In this document: positions 26,759 through 37,044 of the stretch, one piece after another
How the letters are laid out: every line of letters starts with the position of its first letter
Numbering within the stretch: position 1 is the stretch's first letter
NCBI GenBank assembly: GCA_964443245.1
Contig: CAYUEG010000005.1
Span: 45 to 64,044, forward strand
Origin: an uncultured Burkholderiales bacterium
GTDB taxonomy: Bacteria; Pseudomonadota; Gammaproteobacteria; Burkholderiales; JAEUOS01
Direction of reading: 5' to 3'
Length of the DNA stretch: 64,000 nt
Notes under the pieces: model-generated
Databases searched by the model: none
What the model saw: only the letters and a program-made list of their open reading frames with translations
What the model was told of the DNA's origin: nothing
Program-made: the position numbers and the translations under genes

Positions 26759-27819
26759 AATTCTTTCTGCTGCTGGCAGCCTGTTGCATGGTCGCCGCCT
26801 CCGCCGCCGGTGCACAGTCAGGTCCCAACGCAGGCAAGGCCACTTCCTCCGCGAAGGGGGCCAAACCTTCCACCAAGGTCGATTACAGCAAGCGTGATGA
26901 CGTCAAGGCTTTCATGGCCGAGATGGCGCGCAAGCATAATTTCGTCGAAAGCGAGCTTTCGTTTCTGTTCGCGCGGGCCAGGTTCTATCCTGCCATCGTC
27001 GAGTTGATCACGCCGCCCGTCAACCCGCGGGTGCGCTCCTGGCAAGCCTATCGCAGCCGCTTCCTGGACCAGGTACGCATCGAAGGCGGCGTGGCACTTT
27101 GGCGCAAGTACGAGAAGGAACTGGCCCGGGCCGAGCAGGAATTCGGTGTACCGGCCGAGATCATCGTCGCGATCATGGGGGTGGAGACGGTCTACGGGCG
27201 CAATACAGGCAGCTGGCGCGTGATCGATGCGCTGACGACACTCAGTTTCGACTACCCGAAGCGCGCCGAATTCTTTCGCAGCGAACTCGAGAACTACCTC
27301 CTGTTCGTCCGCGAACACGACATCGACGTCTTCAGCGTGCGCGGCTCCTATGCCGGCGCCATCGGCATACCCCAGTTCATGCCGGGCAGCTGGCGGCGCT
27401 ATGCGGTCGACTACGACGGCAACGGCAAAATCAACTTGCGCGAGAGCTTTATCGATTCGATCGGCAGCATCGGCAATTTCCTAAAGGGTCACGGCTGGGT
27501 CGCGGGCGGGCCGATTGCCTTTCCGGCGCGCCTAGATGGCGACGCCTGGAAGCCGCTGCTGGACAAGGACATCCTGCCCCACACGCCGCTGGCGGATTTG
27601 GGGAAATTTGGCATCACGTCGGAAACCCTTGTGGCACAACGGCTTCCGGCCGATACCCGATTCACGCTGGTCGATCTGGTGACGCCGGATGCCGCCACCG
27701 AATACTGGATCGGCTTGCAGAACTTCTACGTCATCACGCGCTATAACCGCTCCAGCTTCTACGCCATGAGCGTGATGCAACTGGCAGACGAGATCAAGAA
27801 AGCGCGCCAGGCACCCTGA
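26755..27819 (+). CDS. mltB: Lytic murein transglycosylase B
   Basis: ORF 26608..27819 trimmed to TTG 26755, which gives a clean signal peptide (M)KFFLLLAACCMVAASAAGAQ. The MltB-type motifs GVETVYGR, GAIGIPQFMP and NFYVITRYN are present. The TTG overlaps the tgpA TGA. Confidence 0.85.
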   Translation: MKFFLLLAACCMVAASAAGAQSGPNAGKATSSAKGAKPSTKVDYSKRDDVKAFMAEMARKHNFVESELSFLFARARFYPAIVELITPPVNPRVRSWQAYRSRFLDQVRIEGGVALWRKYEKELARAEQEFGVPAEIIVAIMGVETVYGRNTGSWRVIDALTTLSFDYPKRAEFFRSELENYLLFVREHDIDVFSVRGSYAGAIGIPQFMPGSWRRYAVDYDGNGKINLRESFIDSIGSIGNFLKGHGWVAGGPIAFPARLDGDAWKPLLDKDILPHTPLADLGKFGITSETLVAQRLPADTRFTLVDLVTPDAATEYWIGLQNFYVITRYNRSSFYAMSVMQLADEIKKARQAP

Positions 27820-27838
27820 CCGGACGTAGCCGCGCCCC

Positions 27839-28753
27839 TCAGGCCGGGAACACGCCCGTCGAGAGATAGCGATCACCTCGATCGCAGACGATGAAGACGA
27901 TGGTGGCGTTTTCAACGGACTCAGCCACGCGCAAGGCAACGCACAGCGCGCCGGCGGCCGAGATGCCCGCCGAAATGCCTTCCTCGGCAGCCAGACGGCG
28001 GCACATGTTCTCGGCATCGGCCTGGCTGACCAGTTCAAGCCGGTCTACCCTCGCCTTGTCGTAGATCCGGGGCAAGTAGGCTTCGGGCCACTTGCGGATG
28101 CCCGGGATCTGGGACCCTTCGGAGGGTTGGCATCCAACGATCTGGATGCGGGCATTCTTTTCCTTCAGATACTGCGACACGCCCATGATGGTGCCAGTGG
28201 TCCCCATGGCAGAGACAAAATGGGTTACGTCCCCTCTGGTGTCGTTCCAGATCTCCGGCCCGGTCGTTTCATAGTGGGCGCGCGGATTGTCCGGATTGGC
28301 AAACTGGTCGAGGATCTTGCCTTGCCCTTCCTTCTCCATCTTCACGGCCAGATCGCGGGCGGCCTCCATGCCTCCCTCGGCCGCCGGCGTGAGGATCAGT
28401 CTGGCGCCGTACGCTGTCATGCTCTGGCGCCGTTCAATCGACAGGTTGTCCGGCATGATCAGCACCATCTTGTAGCCGCGCATGGCCGCCACCATGGCCA
28501 ATGCAATGCCCGTATTGCCCGAGGTTGCTTCAATGAGCGTATCACCGGGCTTGATCTCGCCGCGCTCCTCGGCACGGGCGATCATCGACAGAGCAGGTCG
28601 GTCCTTGACTGAACCTGCCGGATTATTGCCTTCCAGCTTGCCCAGAATCAGGTTGTTGCGCTGACGATTTCCGGCACCGGGAATGCGTTGCAGACGTACC
28701 AGCGGCGTGCTGCCGACTGCCGCCTCAAGGGTCTTGTACATGGGTCCAGCCAT
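27839..28753 (-). CDS. cysM: Cysteine synthase B (O-acetylserine sulfhydrylase)
   Basis: 304 aa with the PLP-lysine motif NPAGSVKDRPA and TSGNTGIALA. Length and sequence are CysM-like. Confidence 0.9.
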   Translation of the reverse strand: MAGPMYKTLEAAVGSTPLVRLQRIPGAGNRQRNNLILGKLEGNNPAGSVKDRPALSMIARAEERGEIKPGDTLIEATSGNTGIALAMVAAMRGYKMVLIMPDNLSIERRQSMTAYGARLILTPAAEGGMEAARDLAVKMEKEGQGKILDQFANPDNPRAHYETTGPEIWNDTRGDVTHFVSAMGTTGTIMGVSQYLKEKNARIQIVGCQPSEGSQIPGIRKWPEAYLPRIYDKARVDRLELVSQADAENMCRRLAAEEGISAGISAAGALCVALRVAESVENATIVFIVCDRGDRYLSTGVFPA

Positions 28754-28801
28754 TGTGAAAAAGTGGACTTGATTGTACCGGCCAACCTCGGCCGAACAAT
28801 G

Positions 28802-28830
28802 AAAAAGCCCCGCACAAAGCGGGGCTTTTT
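28802..28830 (-). terminator. Rho-independent terminator after the ComEA-like gene
   Basis: aaaaaGCCCCGCacaaaGCGGGGCttttt is a 7-bp GC stem flanked by A5/T5. On the minus strand the T-run follows the hairpin. Confidence 0.8.
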
Positions 28831-28849
28831 CGGGACGCCGTTGTGTTAC

Positions 28850-29674
28850 TTACTTCTTGGCATCCGCTTTAGGGGCGTCCTTGCCATCCTTCTTGTCGTC
28901 CTTGGCATCTTTCTTGGCATCGGACTTCGGCGCATCCTTGGCTTTCTTGGCGTCATCTTTGGCCTTTTTGTCGGCCGCCGCCTTGTCTTCCTTGGCTTTC
29001 TTCTCAGCTGCCTTCTTCTCGTCAGCCGCCTTCTTGTCGGCGGCCGCTTTCTCTTCCTTCGCCTTCTTGTCCGCCGCGGCTTTTTCTTCCGCAGCTTTCT
29101 TCTCGGCTGCTTTCTTGTCCGCCGCTTCCTTCTTCGGATCCGCCTTGGCATCGGCCTTCGGCGCATCTTTCTTCTCGTCTTTCTTCACGTCCTTCTTGTC
29201 ATCTGCCTTGGGAGCATCTTTCTTGGCATCGGCTTTGGCAGGCGCTGCGGCAGCGGCGGGAGCGGCGGCCGGAGCGGCAGCAGCGGCTGGGGCGGGAGTG
29301 GCGGCCTTGGGGGCTGCAGCAGCCGGAGCGGCTGCGGGGGCAGGTGCAGGCGCCGGGGCGGCAGCCTTCGGCGCATCCTTCTTGGCATCGGCCTTGGCCG
29401 CAGTCGGGGTACCACCACCGACTACCACGGAACCATCCTTCTTCCAGTCTGCCACGGTCTTCTCGCCGATCCCCTTGACGCGTGCGGCGACGTCATCCAG
29501 GCTCTTGAAGGGGCCGTTCTTCTTCCGTTCTTCGACAATCGCCTTGGCCTTGACCTCGCCGATGCCCTTGATGGCGTCGAGTCCCTTCTCGTCGGCGCTA
29601 TTGATGTCGACGGCGGCAAATGCCATGCCGATGCTCATCAGGAAGCCGGCCAATACCAGTAACAGCTTTTTCAT
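28850..29674 (-). CDS. Secreted ComEA-like helix-hairpin-helix DNA-binding protein with about 190-aa Ala/Pro/Lys/Asp/Glu low-complexity tail
   Basis: ORF 28850..29743 trimmed to ATG 29674, giving 274 aa. It has a signal peptide (MKKLLLVLAGFLMSIGMAFA) and a ComEA HhH core (VDINSADEKGLDAIKGIGEVKAKAIVEERKKNGPFKSLDDV). An (AP)n/poly-Ala block and KKAAEKKAAEEKAAADKK-type repeats follow. Confidence 0.8.
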   Translation of the reverse strand: MKKLLLVLAGFLMSIGMAFAAVDINSADEKGLDAIKGIGEVKAKAIVEERKKNGPFKSLDDVAARVKGIGEKTVADWKKDGSVVVGGGTPTAAKADAKKDAPKAAAPAPAPAPAAAPAAAAPKAATPAPAAAAAPAAAPAAAAAPAKADAKKDAPKADDKKDVKKDEKKDAPKADAKADPKKEAADKKAAEKKAAEEKAAADKKAKEEKAAADKKAADEKKAAEKKAKEDKAAADKKAKDDAKKAKDAPKSDAKKDAKDDKKDGKDAPKADAKK

Positions 29675-29772
29675 GTGCTCTCCTCGGTTCTGTAAGTGTG
29701 AAATTCGATTAAATGGCGCGGCTGCAACCCGCCGCAGGGGCATGACCGGACGTTAAACGCGGCACCCGGCGC

Positions 29773-30774
29773 TCAAGTTGACGCCAACATCGCCTTGACG
29801 TAACGACCGACGCCGGTCTCGACGTCCAGGAACGGAGCGGAATAACCGGCCGCGCGCAATGCGTCGATGTCAGCCCGGGTAAAGCTCTGATACTTGCCCT
29901 TGAGTGCGTCGGGAAAGGCGATGTACTCGATCAGCCGTTGCGCCCGAATCTCTTCCAGGCTCAGGGCGGATTCGCCAGCCGCCGCGCGGCAGCCGTTGAT
30001 GACGGCGCAGGCCACATCATTGAAGGGCTGGGCACGGCCGGTGCCCAGATTGAAAATCCCGGATTGGGCCGGTCGCTCCAGGAAGTGCAGGTTCACCTTG
30101 ACCACGTCCTCGACCGAGACAAAATCGCGGCTTTGCTCACCGGCACCGTAGCCGTCCCAGCCTTCAAAGAGGCATACCTTGCCGGTGGCGCGAAACTGGT
30201 TGAAATTGTGAAACGCCACCGATGCCATGCGCCCCTTGTGGCTCTCACGTGGACCATAGACGTTGAAATAGCGAAAGCCGGCGATCTGGGCCGTCAGGCC
30301 GGCCACCATGCGGCGGCGCACCATCTGGTCAAACAGAAATTTCGAGTACCCGTAGACATTGAGCGGCCTCTCGAACGCCCGGCCTTCAGTGAACTGCGGA
30401 CCTGCACCATACACAGCTGCTGAGGAAGCATACAGGAGCGGAATCTCGACCTCCTGGCAGTATTCCATGAGACGCATGGAATACCGGAAGTTGTTCTCCA
30501 TCATGTAGCGGCCATCGGTTTCCATCGTGTCCGAACAGGCACCCTGGTGCAAGACCGCCTCGATATCGTCGCCCCACAGACCCGCTTCGAGCTGGTCCAG
30601 GAAGGTGCCTTTGTCAAAATAGTCGGCAATGTCGCAATCGACCAGATTCGGGAACTTCTCGGCGCGGGCGAGGTTGTCCACCGCGATGATATCGGTCACG
30701 CCGCGCTCATTGAGCGCCTTGACGAGGTTGGCTCCGACAAAACCGGCAGCGCCGGTCACCACGATCATGCCCAT
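29773..30774 (-). CDS. hldD: ADP-L-glycero-D-manno-heptose 6-epimerase
   Basis: 333 aa with a Rossmann [12 protein letters not shown] motif and full-length similarity to RfaD/HldD (YASSAAVYG). Confidence 0.9.
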   Translation of the reverse strand: MGMIVVTGAAGFVGANLVKALNERGVTDIIAVDNLARAEKFPNLVDCDIADYFDKGTFLDQLEAGLWGDDIEAVLHQGACSDTMETDGRYMMENNFRYSMRLMEYCQEVEIPLLYASSAAVYGAGPQFTEGRAFERPLNVYGYSKFLFDQMVRRRMVAGLTAQIAGFRYFNVYGPRESHKGRMASVAFHNFNQFRATGKVCLFEGWDGYGAGEQSRDFVSVEDVVKVNLHFLERPAQSGIFNLGTGRAQPFNDVACAVINGCRAAAGESALSLEEIRAQRLIEYIAFPDALKGKYQSFTRADIDALRAAGYSAPFLDVETGVGRYVKAMLAST

Positions 30775-31715
30775 CAGAACAACTCCTGCGGCGTCACCAC
30801 CGCCGTACCCAGCTTACCGACCACGATGCCGCCTGCCTTGTTGGCCAGGGCCGCTGCATCTGCCAGCGAGGCCCCGCCCCCCAGCAGCACTGCCAGGGCG
30901 GCGATGACGGTGTCCCCGGCGCCAGACACATCGAAGACCTCACGTGCCTGTGCCTTCATGTTGACCTCACCCGTTTCCGTAAACAGGGTCATGCCTTCCT
31001 CGGAGCGGGTCAGGAGCAGGGCTTCGAGCCCCAGTTCCCGGCGCAGTTTCTGCGCCTTGGCAATCAACTCCGCTTCCGAACTCCAGCCACCCACCACTTG
31101 CCGCAACTCACTGCGGTTCGGTGTCAGGACAGTCGCACCGGTGTAACGCGAATAGTCCTCGCCTTTCGGGTCAACCAGCACCCGTTTGCCTGCGGCAAAT
31201 GCGGCGTCGATCATTGCAGCGATGTGAGCCAGCCCGCCTTTGCCGTAGTCGGACAGGATGACCACGTCGGCTTCATCGAGCAGGCGCTTGAACTCGTTGA
31301 GTTTTCCCGTCAACACCTCGTGGCTTGGCGTCTCCTCGAAATCAATCCGCAACAGCTGTTGCTGACGGCCGATCACCCGCAACTTGATGGTGGTCTTGAA
31401 TGCCGTATCCACATGCAATGAGGTGTGAATGCCAGCCGATTCCAGCAGACGCCGGATGGTCTGGCCCGGCTCGTCATCCCCGACCACCGACAGGAGCGTC
31501 GTCTGCGCACCGAGGGCAACTGCGTTGCGCGCCACGTTGGCGGCGCCGCCCAGTCGCTCGTCGCTCTTCTCGACCTTGACCACCGGTACCGGCGCCTCGG
31601 GAGAAATGCGATGCACGTCGCCAAACCAATAACGGTCAAGCATGACGTCACCCACCACCAGCACGCGCGCGCCGGCAGCCGCCGTGCGCATCGCAAGCAG
31701 ATCCGGACTGCTCAT
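30774..31715 (-). CDS. hldA: D-glycero-beta-D-manno-heptose-7-phosphate kinase (RfaE domain I only)
   Basis: 313 aa of the PfkB/ribokinase family with GAGDTVIA near the C-terminus. It is positioned between ugd and hldD. Confidence 0.85.
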   Translation of the reverse strand: MSSPDLLAMRTAAAGARVLVVGDVMLDRYWFGDVHRISPEAPVPVVKVEKSDERLGGAANVARNAVALGAQTTLLSVVGDDEPGQTIRRLLESAGIHTSLHVDTAFKTTIKLRVIGRQQQLLRIDFEETPSHEVLTGKLNEFKRLLDEADVVILSDYGKGGLAHIAAMIDAAFAAGKRVLVDPKGEDYSRYTGATVLTPNRSELRQVVGGWSSEAELIAKAQKLRRELGLEALLLTRSEEGMTLFTETGEVNMKAQAREVFDVSGAGDTVIAALAVLLGGGASLADAAALANKAGGIVVGKLGTAVVTPQELF

Positions 31716-33058
31716 GCAGCGTTCCTCAAATCCGGCCGGCCAATCGGCTCGTACTCGATACCCTGCCCACGCACCAAGCCCGGGTCATAAAGATTGCGTC
31801 CATCGAAAATCACCGGCACCTTGAGCCTGGCCCGAATCACCGCAAAATCGGGACTGCGAAACTCCTTCCATTCGGTCACGATGATGAGCGCATCGGCACC
31901 TTCAAGCGCCTGCATCGGGCCTTCGGCATAACGCACCGCCACGTTGCCTGCCAGCGCGTGGCGCGCTTCGGCCATCGCCACCGGGTCATACGCAGCAATG
32001 GTAGCGCCCCGACTGGTCAATGCAGCGATCAGTTCCAGAGAGGGCGCTTCGCGCATGTCGTCGGTATTGGGTTTGAACGCCAGACCCCACAACGCAAAGT
32101 GCCGGCCCTTGAGGTTCTCGCCAAAGCGACGTACCACCTTGTGCGCCAGCACCTGCTTCTGGTGCGCATTGGCACGCTCGACGGCATCAAGGATCTGAAA
32201 ACCGGCACCGGCCTCCTGGGCCGTGCGCTGCAACGCCTGCACGTCCTTCGGAAAACACGAGCCGCCATATCCGCAACCGGCATACAGGAAGTGATAGCCG
32301 ATACGCGGGTCGGAGCCAATGCCCTGGCGCACCAGTTCCACATCCGCGCCAAGGCGCTCAGCCAGATTGGCGATTTCGTTCATGAAGGAAATACGCGTTG
32401 CCAGCATCGCGTTGGCGGCATACTTGGTAAGCTCGGCCGAGCGAATGTCCATGAAGATCATCCGTTCATGGTTGCGCTGAAACGGCGCATACAGGGCACG
32501 CATCGCCGCTTTGGCGCGCTCATCGTCCGGGGCTGTGCCGACGACGACGCGATCGGGCTTCATGAAATCTTCGACCGCAGCGCCTTCCTTCAGGAATTCG
32601 GGGTTCGAGACAACGGAAAACGCCATCGACAATCCACGGCGCGACAGTTCGTCCGCAATGGCGGCGCGCACCTTGTCGGCTGTGCCCACCGGCACAGTCG
32701 ACTTGTCCACGATCACCTTCGGGCTGGTCATGCGTGCCCCGACATTCCTTGCTGCCGCGACAACGTATTTGAGGTCCGCTGACCCATCCTCATCCGGCGG
32801 CGTTCCCACGGCGATGAACTGGACATCGCCATGTGCCACGGCCTCGTCGATGTCCGTAGTGAAACGGATGCGCCCAGCGGCGCGATTGCGTGCCACCATT
32901 TCCTTCAAGCCCGGCTCGAAGATCGGTATACCGCCTTCATTCAGGGTACGGATCTTGGCTGCATCCACATCCAGACAGAGTACATCGTTGCCGACTTCGG
33001 CGAAACAGGCGCCGGTGACGAGCCCGACATAGCCGGTGCCGATCATGGTGATTTTCAT
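31712..33058 (-). CDS. ugd: UDP-glucose 6-dehydrogenase
   Basis: 448 aa with [26 protein letters not shown] and the catalytic GGSCFPKD motif. Confidence 0.9.
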   Translation of the reverse strand: MKITMIGTGYVGLVTGACFAEVGNDVLCLDVDAAKIRTLNEGGIPIFEPGLKEMVARNRAAGRIRFTTDIDEAVAHGDVQFIAVGTPPDEDGSADLKYVVAAARNVGARMTSPKVIVDKSTVPVGTADKVRAAIADELSRRGLSMAFSVVSNPEFLKEGAAVEDFMKPDRVVVGTAPDDERAKAAMRALYAPFQRNHERMIFMDIRSAELTKYAANAMLATRISFMNEIANLAERLGADVELVRQGIGSDPRIGYHFLYAGCGYGGSCFPKDVQALQRTAQEAGAGFQILDAVERANAHQKQVLAHKVVRRFGENLKGRHFALWGLAFKPNTDDMREAPSLELIAALTSRGATIAAYDPVAMAEARHALAGNVAVRYAEGPMQALEGADALIIVTEWKEFRSPDFAVIRARLKVPVIFDGRNLYDPGLVRGQGIEYEPIGRPDLRNAA

Positions 33059-33091
33059 GGGGTTTCTTGTCGCTAAAGCGCCCGAGAGTTG

Positions 33092-34267
33092 TCAGTGTTT
33101 GCCGTTTGGCTTCTCTTCCCGGTTCGGCGAGTAGGTCTCCCACTGGCCACACCCGGGGCAACGCCAGAAATACTGCTGCGCCGTAAAGCCACAATTTTCG
33201 CACGCGTAGCGCTTCAGTTTCTCGGTGTGAGCATGGATCAGGTTCTTGATCAGCGCCAGATCGCCGGCGCGCTCGGGCGGCGCCGCCATCAGTTGCGCCT
33301 GCAGCAGCTTGTCCAGGCCGGCGAGCGTCGGGTGCTTGCGCAACTCTTCACGCACCACGGTGTAGGCAGCCTCGACGCCTTCCGCCTCCGCTGTGGCTTC
33401 GAAGGCATGCTCAAGCATGTCGGCCGAGGGATAGCGCTCAAGAAGGCCGCGCAGCAACTGCGCGCCTTCCTTTTGTTTGCCCAATTGCTTGTGCGCCTCC
33501 ATCAGGCGCACCGCAACGTGCGCGAGGAAGCGCGGATCCTGCGACTCGATGCGCAGCCAGGTGGCAATGGCCTCGGCTGGCTGCCTTAGCTGTGCTGCGA
33601 TATCGCCCAGGATCATGTGCGCCCGCACGGCCTTGCGGTTGACTTTCAATGCGGCTTCGGCGTGGCTGCGTGCGTCGTCAGGCTGTGATCTGGCCAGTGC
33701 TGCGGCCGCCCGTTCACAATGAAACTCGGCGATCTCGCGTTGTCGGGACTCACCGGTTTCGCTCTCCACCCGCCCCGCAGTGTGAATTGCCTTCTCCCAG
33801 TCTTTTTCCAGTTCGTAAATCTCCAGCAGATGGGTTTGGGCGCGTCCGGCCCAGGCGGTACCTTCCAGTTTGGTCAGCGCCTCCTCGGCGCGGTCCAGAA
33901 GACCTGCCTTCAGGTAGTCCTGCCCGAGTTCAAAGAGAGCATGCAGCCGCTGGTCATCGTTCAAATCGGGGCGATTGGCCAGACTTGAATGCATGCGAAT
34001 GGCACGCTCGATTTCCCCACGACGCCGGAACAGATTGCCCAGGGCGAAATGCAGTTCAATGGTTTCCGGGTCCACCTTCACGACTTCGATGAACGCATCG
34101 ATGGCGCGGTCCGGTTGCTCATTGAGCAGAAAGTTGAGCCCCTTGAAATAGGACCGCGGCAGCGCCCGCGACTCGGACAGCAAATGGCGAATGTCGATTC
34201 GAGCGGCCGCCCAACCCAGCCCAAAAAACACCGGCAACGCCAATAACCACCACAGTTCGATTTCCAC
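33092..34267 (-). CDS. lapB: Lipopolysaccharide assembly protein LapB (YciM)
   Basis: 391 aa with an N-terminal TM, TPR repeats and a C-terminal rubredoxin-like CENCGF...WRCPGCGQW. Confidence 0.9.
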   Translation of the reverse strand: MEIELWWLLALPVFFGLGWAAARIDIRHLLSESRALPRSYFKGLNFLLNEQPDRAIDAFIEVVKVDPETIELHFALGNLFRRRGEIERAIRMHSSLANRPDLNDDQRLHALFELGQDYLKAGLLDRAEEALTKLEGTAWAGRAQTHLLEIYELEKDWEKAIHTAGRVESETGESRQREIAEFHCERAAAALARSQPDDARSHAEAALKVNRKAVRAHMILGDIAAQLRQPAEAIATWLRIESQDPRFLAHVAVRLMEAHKQLGKQKEGAQLLRGLLERYPSADMLEHAFEATAEAEGVEAAYTVVREELRKHPTLAGLDKLLQAQLMAAPPERAGDLALIKNLIHAHTEKLKRYACENCGFTAQQYFWRCPGCGQWETYSPNREEKPNGKH

Positions 34268-34269
34268 GC

Positions 34270-34611
34270 CTAGCTCCCAGATGCTCTCGCATCGCCAGCA
34301 ACGGGCGTCGCAGTTGCTGGCACGCCGGATGTTGACAACCCCGGCATGGCGCGCGCGCGCTCCGCTGCCGCTTGTTGCTCGGCGCGCGTAGCTTGCAGCA
34401 ATTCACGGCGTTGACGAAAGATGCGCGGCAGGCAGGCCAGCACCCCAATGGCAATGCCGGCTGCAAAGAAAATCAGCAGCAGCAGTACCAGCGGCGCACG
34501 CCACTCGAGGTCAAAATAAAAGCGCAACGTGGCCAGTTCATGGTTCTTCAGGGCGAACAGGAACAAGATCAGAAACAGTGTCAGGCGCAGGACAATCGTC
34601 AAATACTTCAT
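34270..34611 (-). CDS. lapA: Lipopolysaccharide assembly protein LapA (YciS/DUF1049)
   Basis: ORF 34270..34716 trimmed to ATG 34611 (113 aa). It has two TM segments and lies immediately upstream of lapB. Confidence 0.75.
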   Translation of the reverse strand: MKYLTIVLRLTLFLILFLFALKNHELATLRFYFDLEWRAPLVLLLLIFFAAGIAIGVLACLPRIFRQRRELLQATRAEQQAAAERARAMPGLSTSGVPATATPVAGDARASGS

Positions 34612-34700
34612 CGCCGCCCCATCCAGCCATTCCGGGCACCCCCATGGAAACCCTTGGTGCACAAGGGTTTCCAGCCATGTGCATGGACTACCCACGTAGC

Positions 34701-34727
34701 AAAAAAAAAGCGGCACTCACGTGCCGC
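34701..34727 (-). terminator. Rho-independent terminator after ihfB
   Basis: On the minus strand: GCGGCAC-gtga-GTGCCGC followed by T9. Confidence 0.85.
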
Positions 34728-34750
34728 CTGCCTTGTGTCAGGCATGGTAC

Positions 34751-35113
34751 TCAATTGACCGCCCCGGAGGCGACCTGTGCCGCAGCCGCAGGAGGCGCAT
34801 TGACAGCCGGGGCCACGCCATGCCCGGCCAACAGACCGGCATCGACGCGATCGCGCAACTCTTTGCCGGCCTTGAAGTGCGGTACATGCTTCTCCGGTAC
34901 TTGCACCTTGTCGCCCGACTTCGGATTGCGTCCGACGCGCGGCGGGCGGTAGTTCAGCCCGAAACTGCCGAAGCCCCGGATTTCTATCCGCTGGCCCTGC
35001 GCCAGGGACAGGGTCATCGCGTCAAGAATCGTCTTGACGGCGAAGTCCGCGTCCTTGGCTACCAGCTGCGGATAGCGCGCGGCTAGCCGCGCGATCAGGT
35101 CCGATTTGGTCAT
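34751..35113 (-). CDS. ihfB: Integration host factor beta subunit with Ala/Pro-rich C-terminal extension
   Basis: [10 protein letters not shown]...[49 protein letters not shown] is IHF-beta. An alternative start is ATG 35122. About 26 extra C-terminal residues follow the conserved core. Confidence 0.9.
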   Translation of the reverse strand: MTKSDLIARLAARYPQLVAKDADFAVKTILDAMTLSLAQGQRIEIRGFGSFGLNYRPPRVGRNPKSGDKVQVPEKHVPHFKAGKELRDRVDAGLLAGHGVAPAVNAPPAAAAQVASGAVN

Positions 35114-35149
35114 GCCGGTCATACAGATGCTGGCTCGTGGTGGGATGGA

Positions 35150-36856
35150 TTACTTCTGTTCCATCTTCGCCTTGAGCAACGCGCCCAGGTTGGTCGTGCC
35201 GTCCTTGGCGTTGCCCGCGTCCTGGATCTGCTTGATCGCCGCAGTCTCTTCGGCTTGATCCTTCGCCTTGATCGAGACGTTAATGTTGCGCGTCTTGCGA
35301 TCGACGTTGATGATCACCGCCTCGACCTTGTCACCGACGTTGAGCTGGGTGCTGGCATCGAGCACACGGTCACGTGAAATTTCAGACGCACGCAGGTAGG
35401 CTTCGATATCGCCTTCCAGCGCAATCACGGCACCTTTGGCATCCACGCTCTTGACGGTACCGGTAACCAGCGCGCCCTTGTCGTTCATGGCAACGAAGCT
35501 GGTGAACGGGTCCCCATCAAGCTGCTTGACGCCCAGCGAGATACGCTCACGCTCGGTGTCGATGGCCAGCACCACGGCTTCGAGTTCGTCACCCTTCTTG
35601 AAGTTCTTGACAGCTTCTTCGCCGGTAAGCGACCAGGACAGGTCCGACAAATGCACCAGGCCGTCGATGCCGCCCGGCAGGCCAATGAACACGCCGAAGT
35701 CGGTGATCGACTTGATCGCGCCCTTGACCTTGTCGCCCTTCTTCTGGTTGAGCGAAAAATCTTCCCACGGGTTCGGCAGGCACTGCTTCATGCCCAGCGA
35801 AATGCGGCGACGCTCTTCGTCGATCTCGAGGATCATGACCTCGACTTCGTCGCCCAGGGCAACGACTTTCGACGGATGCACGTTCTTGTTGGTCCAGTCC
35901 ATCTCGGAGACGTGCACCAGGCCTTCGATGCCGGCTTCGACTTCGACGAATGCGCCGTAGTCAGTGAGGTTGGTGACCTTGCCGAACAGGCGCGTGCTCT
36001 GCGGATAGCGGCGACCGATGCCGACCCACGGGTCGTCACCGAGCTGCTTGACACCCAGCGACACACGATTCTTTTCCTGGTCGAACTTGAGGATCTTGGC
36101 GGTGATCTCGTCGCCTACCGTCAGCACTTCGGACGGGTGACGCACGCGACGCCAGGCGAGGTCAGTGATGTGCAGCAGGCCATCGATGCCGCCCAGATCC
36201 ACGAACGCGCCGTAATCGGTGATGTTCTTGACGATGCCCTTGACGACCGAGCCTTCGACCAGGTTCGAGAGCAGCTTCTGGCGCTCTTCGCCCTGCGAGG
36301 CTTCCAGCACGGCACGGCGCGACACGACCACGTTGTTGCGCTTCTTGTCGATCTTGATGACCTTGAATTCGAGGGTCTTGCCTTCGAACGGGGTGGTGTC
36401 CTTGACCGGGCGGGTATCGACCAGCGAACCGGGAAGGAAAGCGCGCACGCTGTTCATCATGACGGTGAGGCCACCCTTCACCTTGCCGGTCACGGTGCCG
36501 GAGACGATCTCGCCCGACTCCATGGCCTTCTCGAGATCCAGCCATGCCGACAGGCGCTTGGCCTTGTCGCGCGACAGCAGGGTCTCGCCAAAACCGTTTT
36601 CGATCGAGTCGATCGCAACCGACACGAAATCGCCAACCTTGACGGTCAGCTCGCCGCCATCGTCCTTGAACTCGGAGAGGGGGATATAGGACTCGGACTT
36701 CAAGCCCGCATTTACCACAACGTGGTTGTAATCGACACGCACCACTTCGGCGGTGATGACTTCGCCGGCGCGCATTTCCTGCGCCTTGATCGATTCTTCA
36801 AAAAGAGCGGCAAAACTTTCGTTGGCGGCTTGGGCCGCCTGTTGAGCGATGGACAT
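35150..36856 (-). CDS. rpsA: 30S ribosomal protein S1
   Basis: ORF 35150..36928 trimmed to ATG 36856. It contains six S1 repeats (e.g. GxVxxITDFGAFVxL patterns). Confidence 0.95.
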   Translation of the reverse strand: MSIAQQAAQAANESFAALFEESIKAQEMRAGEVITAEVVRVDYNHVVVNAGLKSESYIPLSEFKDDGGELTVKVGDFVSVAIDSIENGFGETLLSRDKAKRLSAWLDLEKAMESGEIVSGTVTGKVKGGLTVMMNSVRAFLPGSLVDTRPVKDTTPFEGKTLEFKVIKIDKKRNNVVVSRRAVLEASQGEERQKLLSNLVEGSVVKGIVKNITDYGAFVDLGGIDGLLHITDLAWRRVRHPSEVLTVGDEITAKILKFDQEKNRVSLGVKQLGDDPWVGIGRRYPQSTRLFGKVTNLTDYGAFVEVEAGIEGLVHVSEMDWTNKNVHPSKVVALGDEVEVMILEIDEERRRISLGMKQCLPNPWEDFSLNQKKGDKVKGAIKSITDFGVFIGLPGGIDGLVHLSDLSWSLTGEEAVKNFKKGDELEAVVLAIDTERERISLGVKQLDGDPFTSFVAMNDKGALVTGTVKSVDAKGAVIALEGDIEAYLRASEISRDRVLDASTQLNVGDKVEAVIINVDRKTRNINVSIKAKDQAEETAAIKQIQDAGNAKDGTTNLGALLKAKMEQK

Positions 36857-37044
36857 GAGTGACCTGACTTGATGAGTACTGCAACCGTGCCGCACAAGAA
36901 GATTTGCTGATGTTGCGGGGCGGGCCACGGGGGGTGGGTTGGAGGATGGCGGACTTCCATTGCGAGAAGCGCCGCCGCCGATATTGCTCGGGGTACCTTG
37001 AAACTGTTGCCTGATTGCTGCGTTGCTGCTTCTGGAACGTGCTG

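Noticed and set aside
28688-29756. Two long plus-strand ORFs (324 aa and 299 aa), and the impression of a DNA repeat array at 28850-29420
   Set aside because: Both ORFs are antisense frames of the ComEA-like low-complexity tail (Leu/Phe/Ser/Gly/Arg runs). The repeats are degenerate, in-frame coding repeats without unique spacers, so this is not CRISPR or a satellite.
35651-36862. 403-aa plus-strand ORF
   Set aside because: It is antisense to rpsA, and the six S1 repeats on the minus strand are unambiguous.
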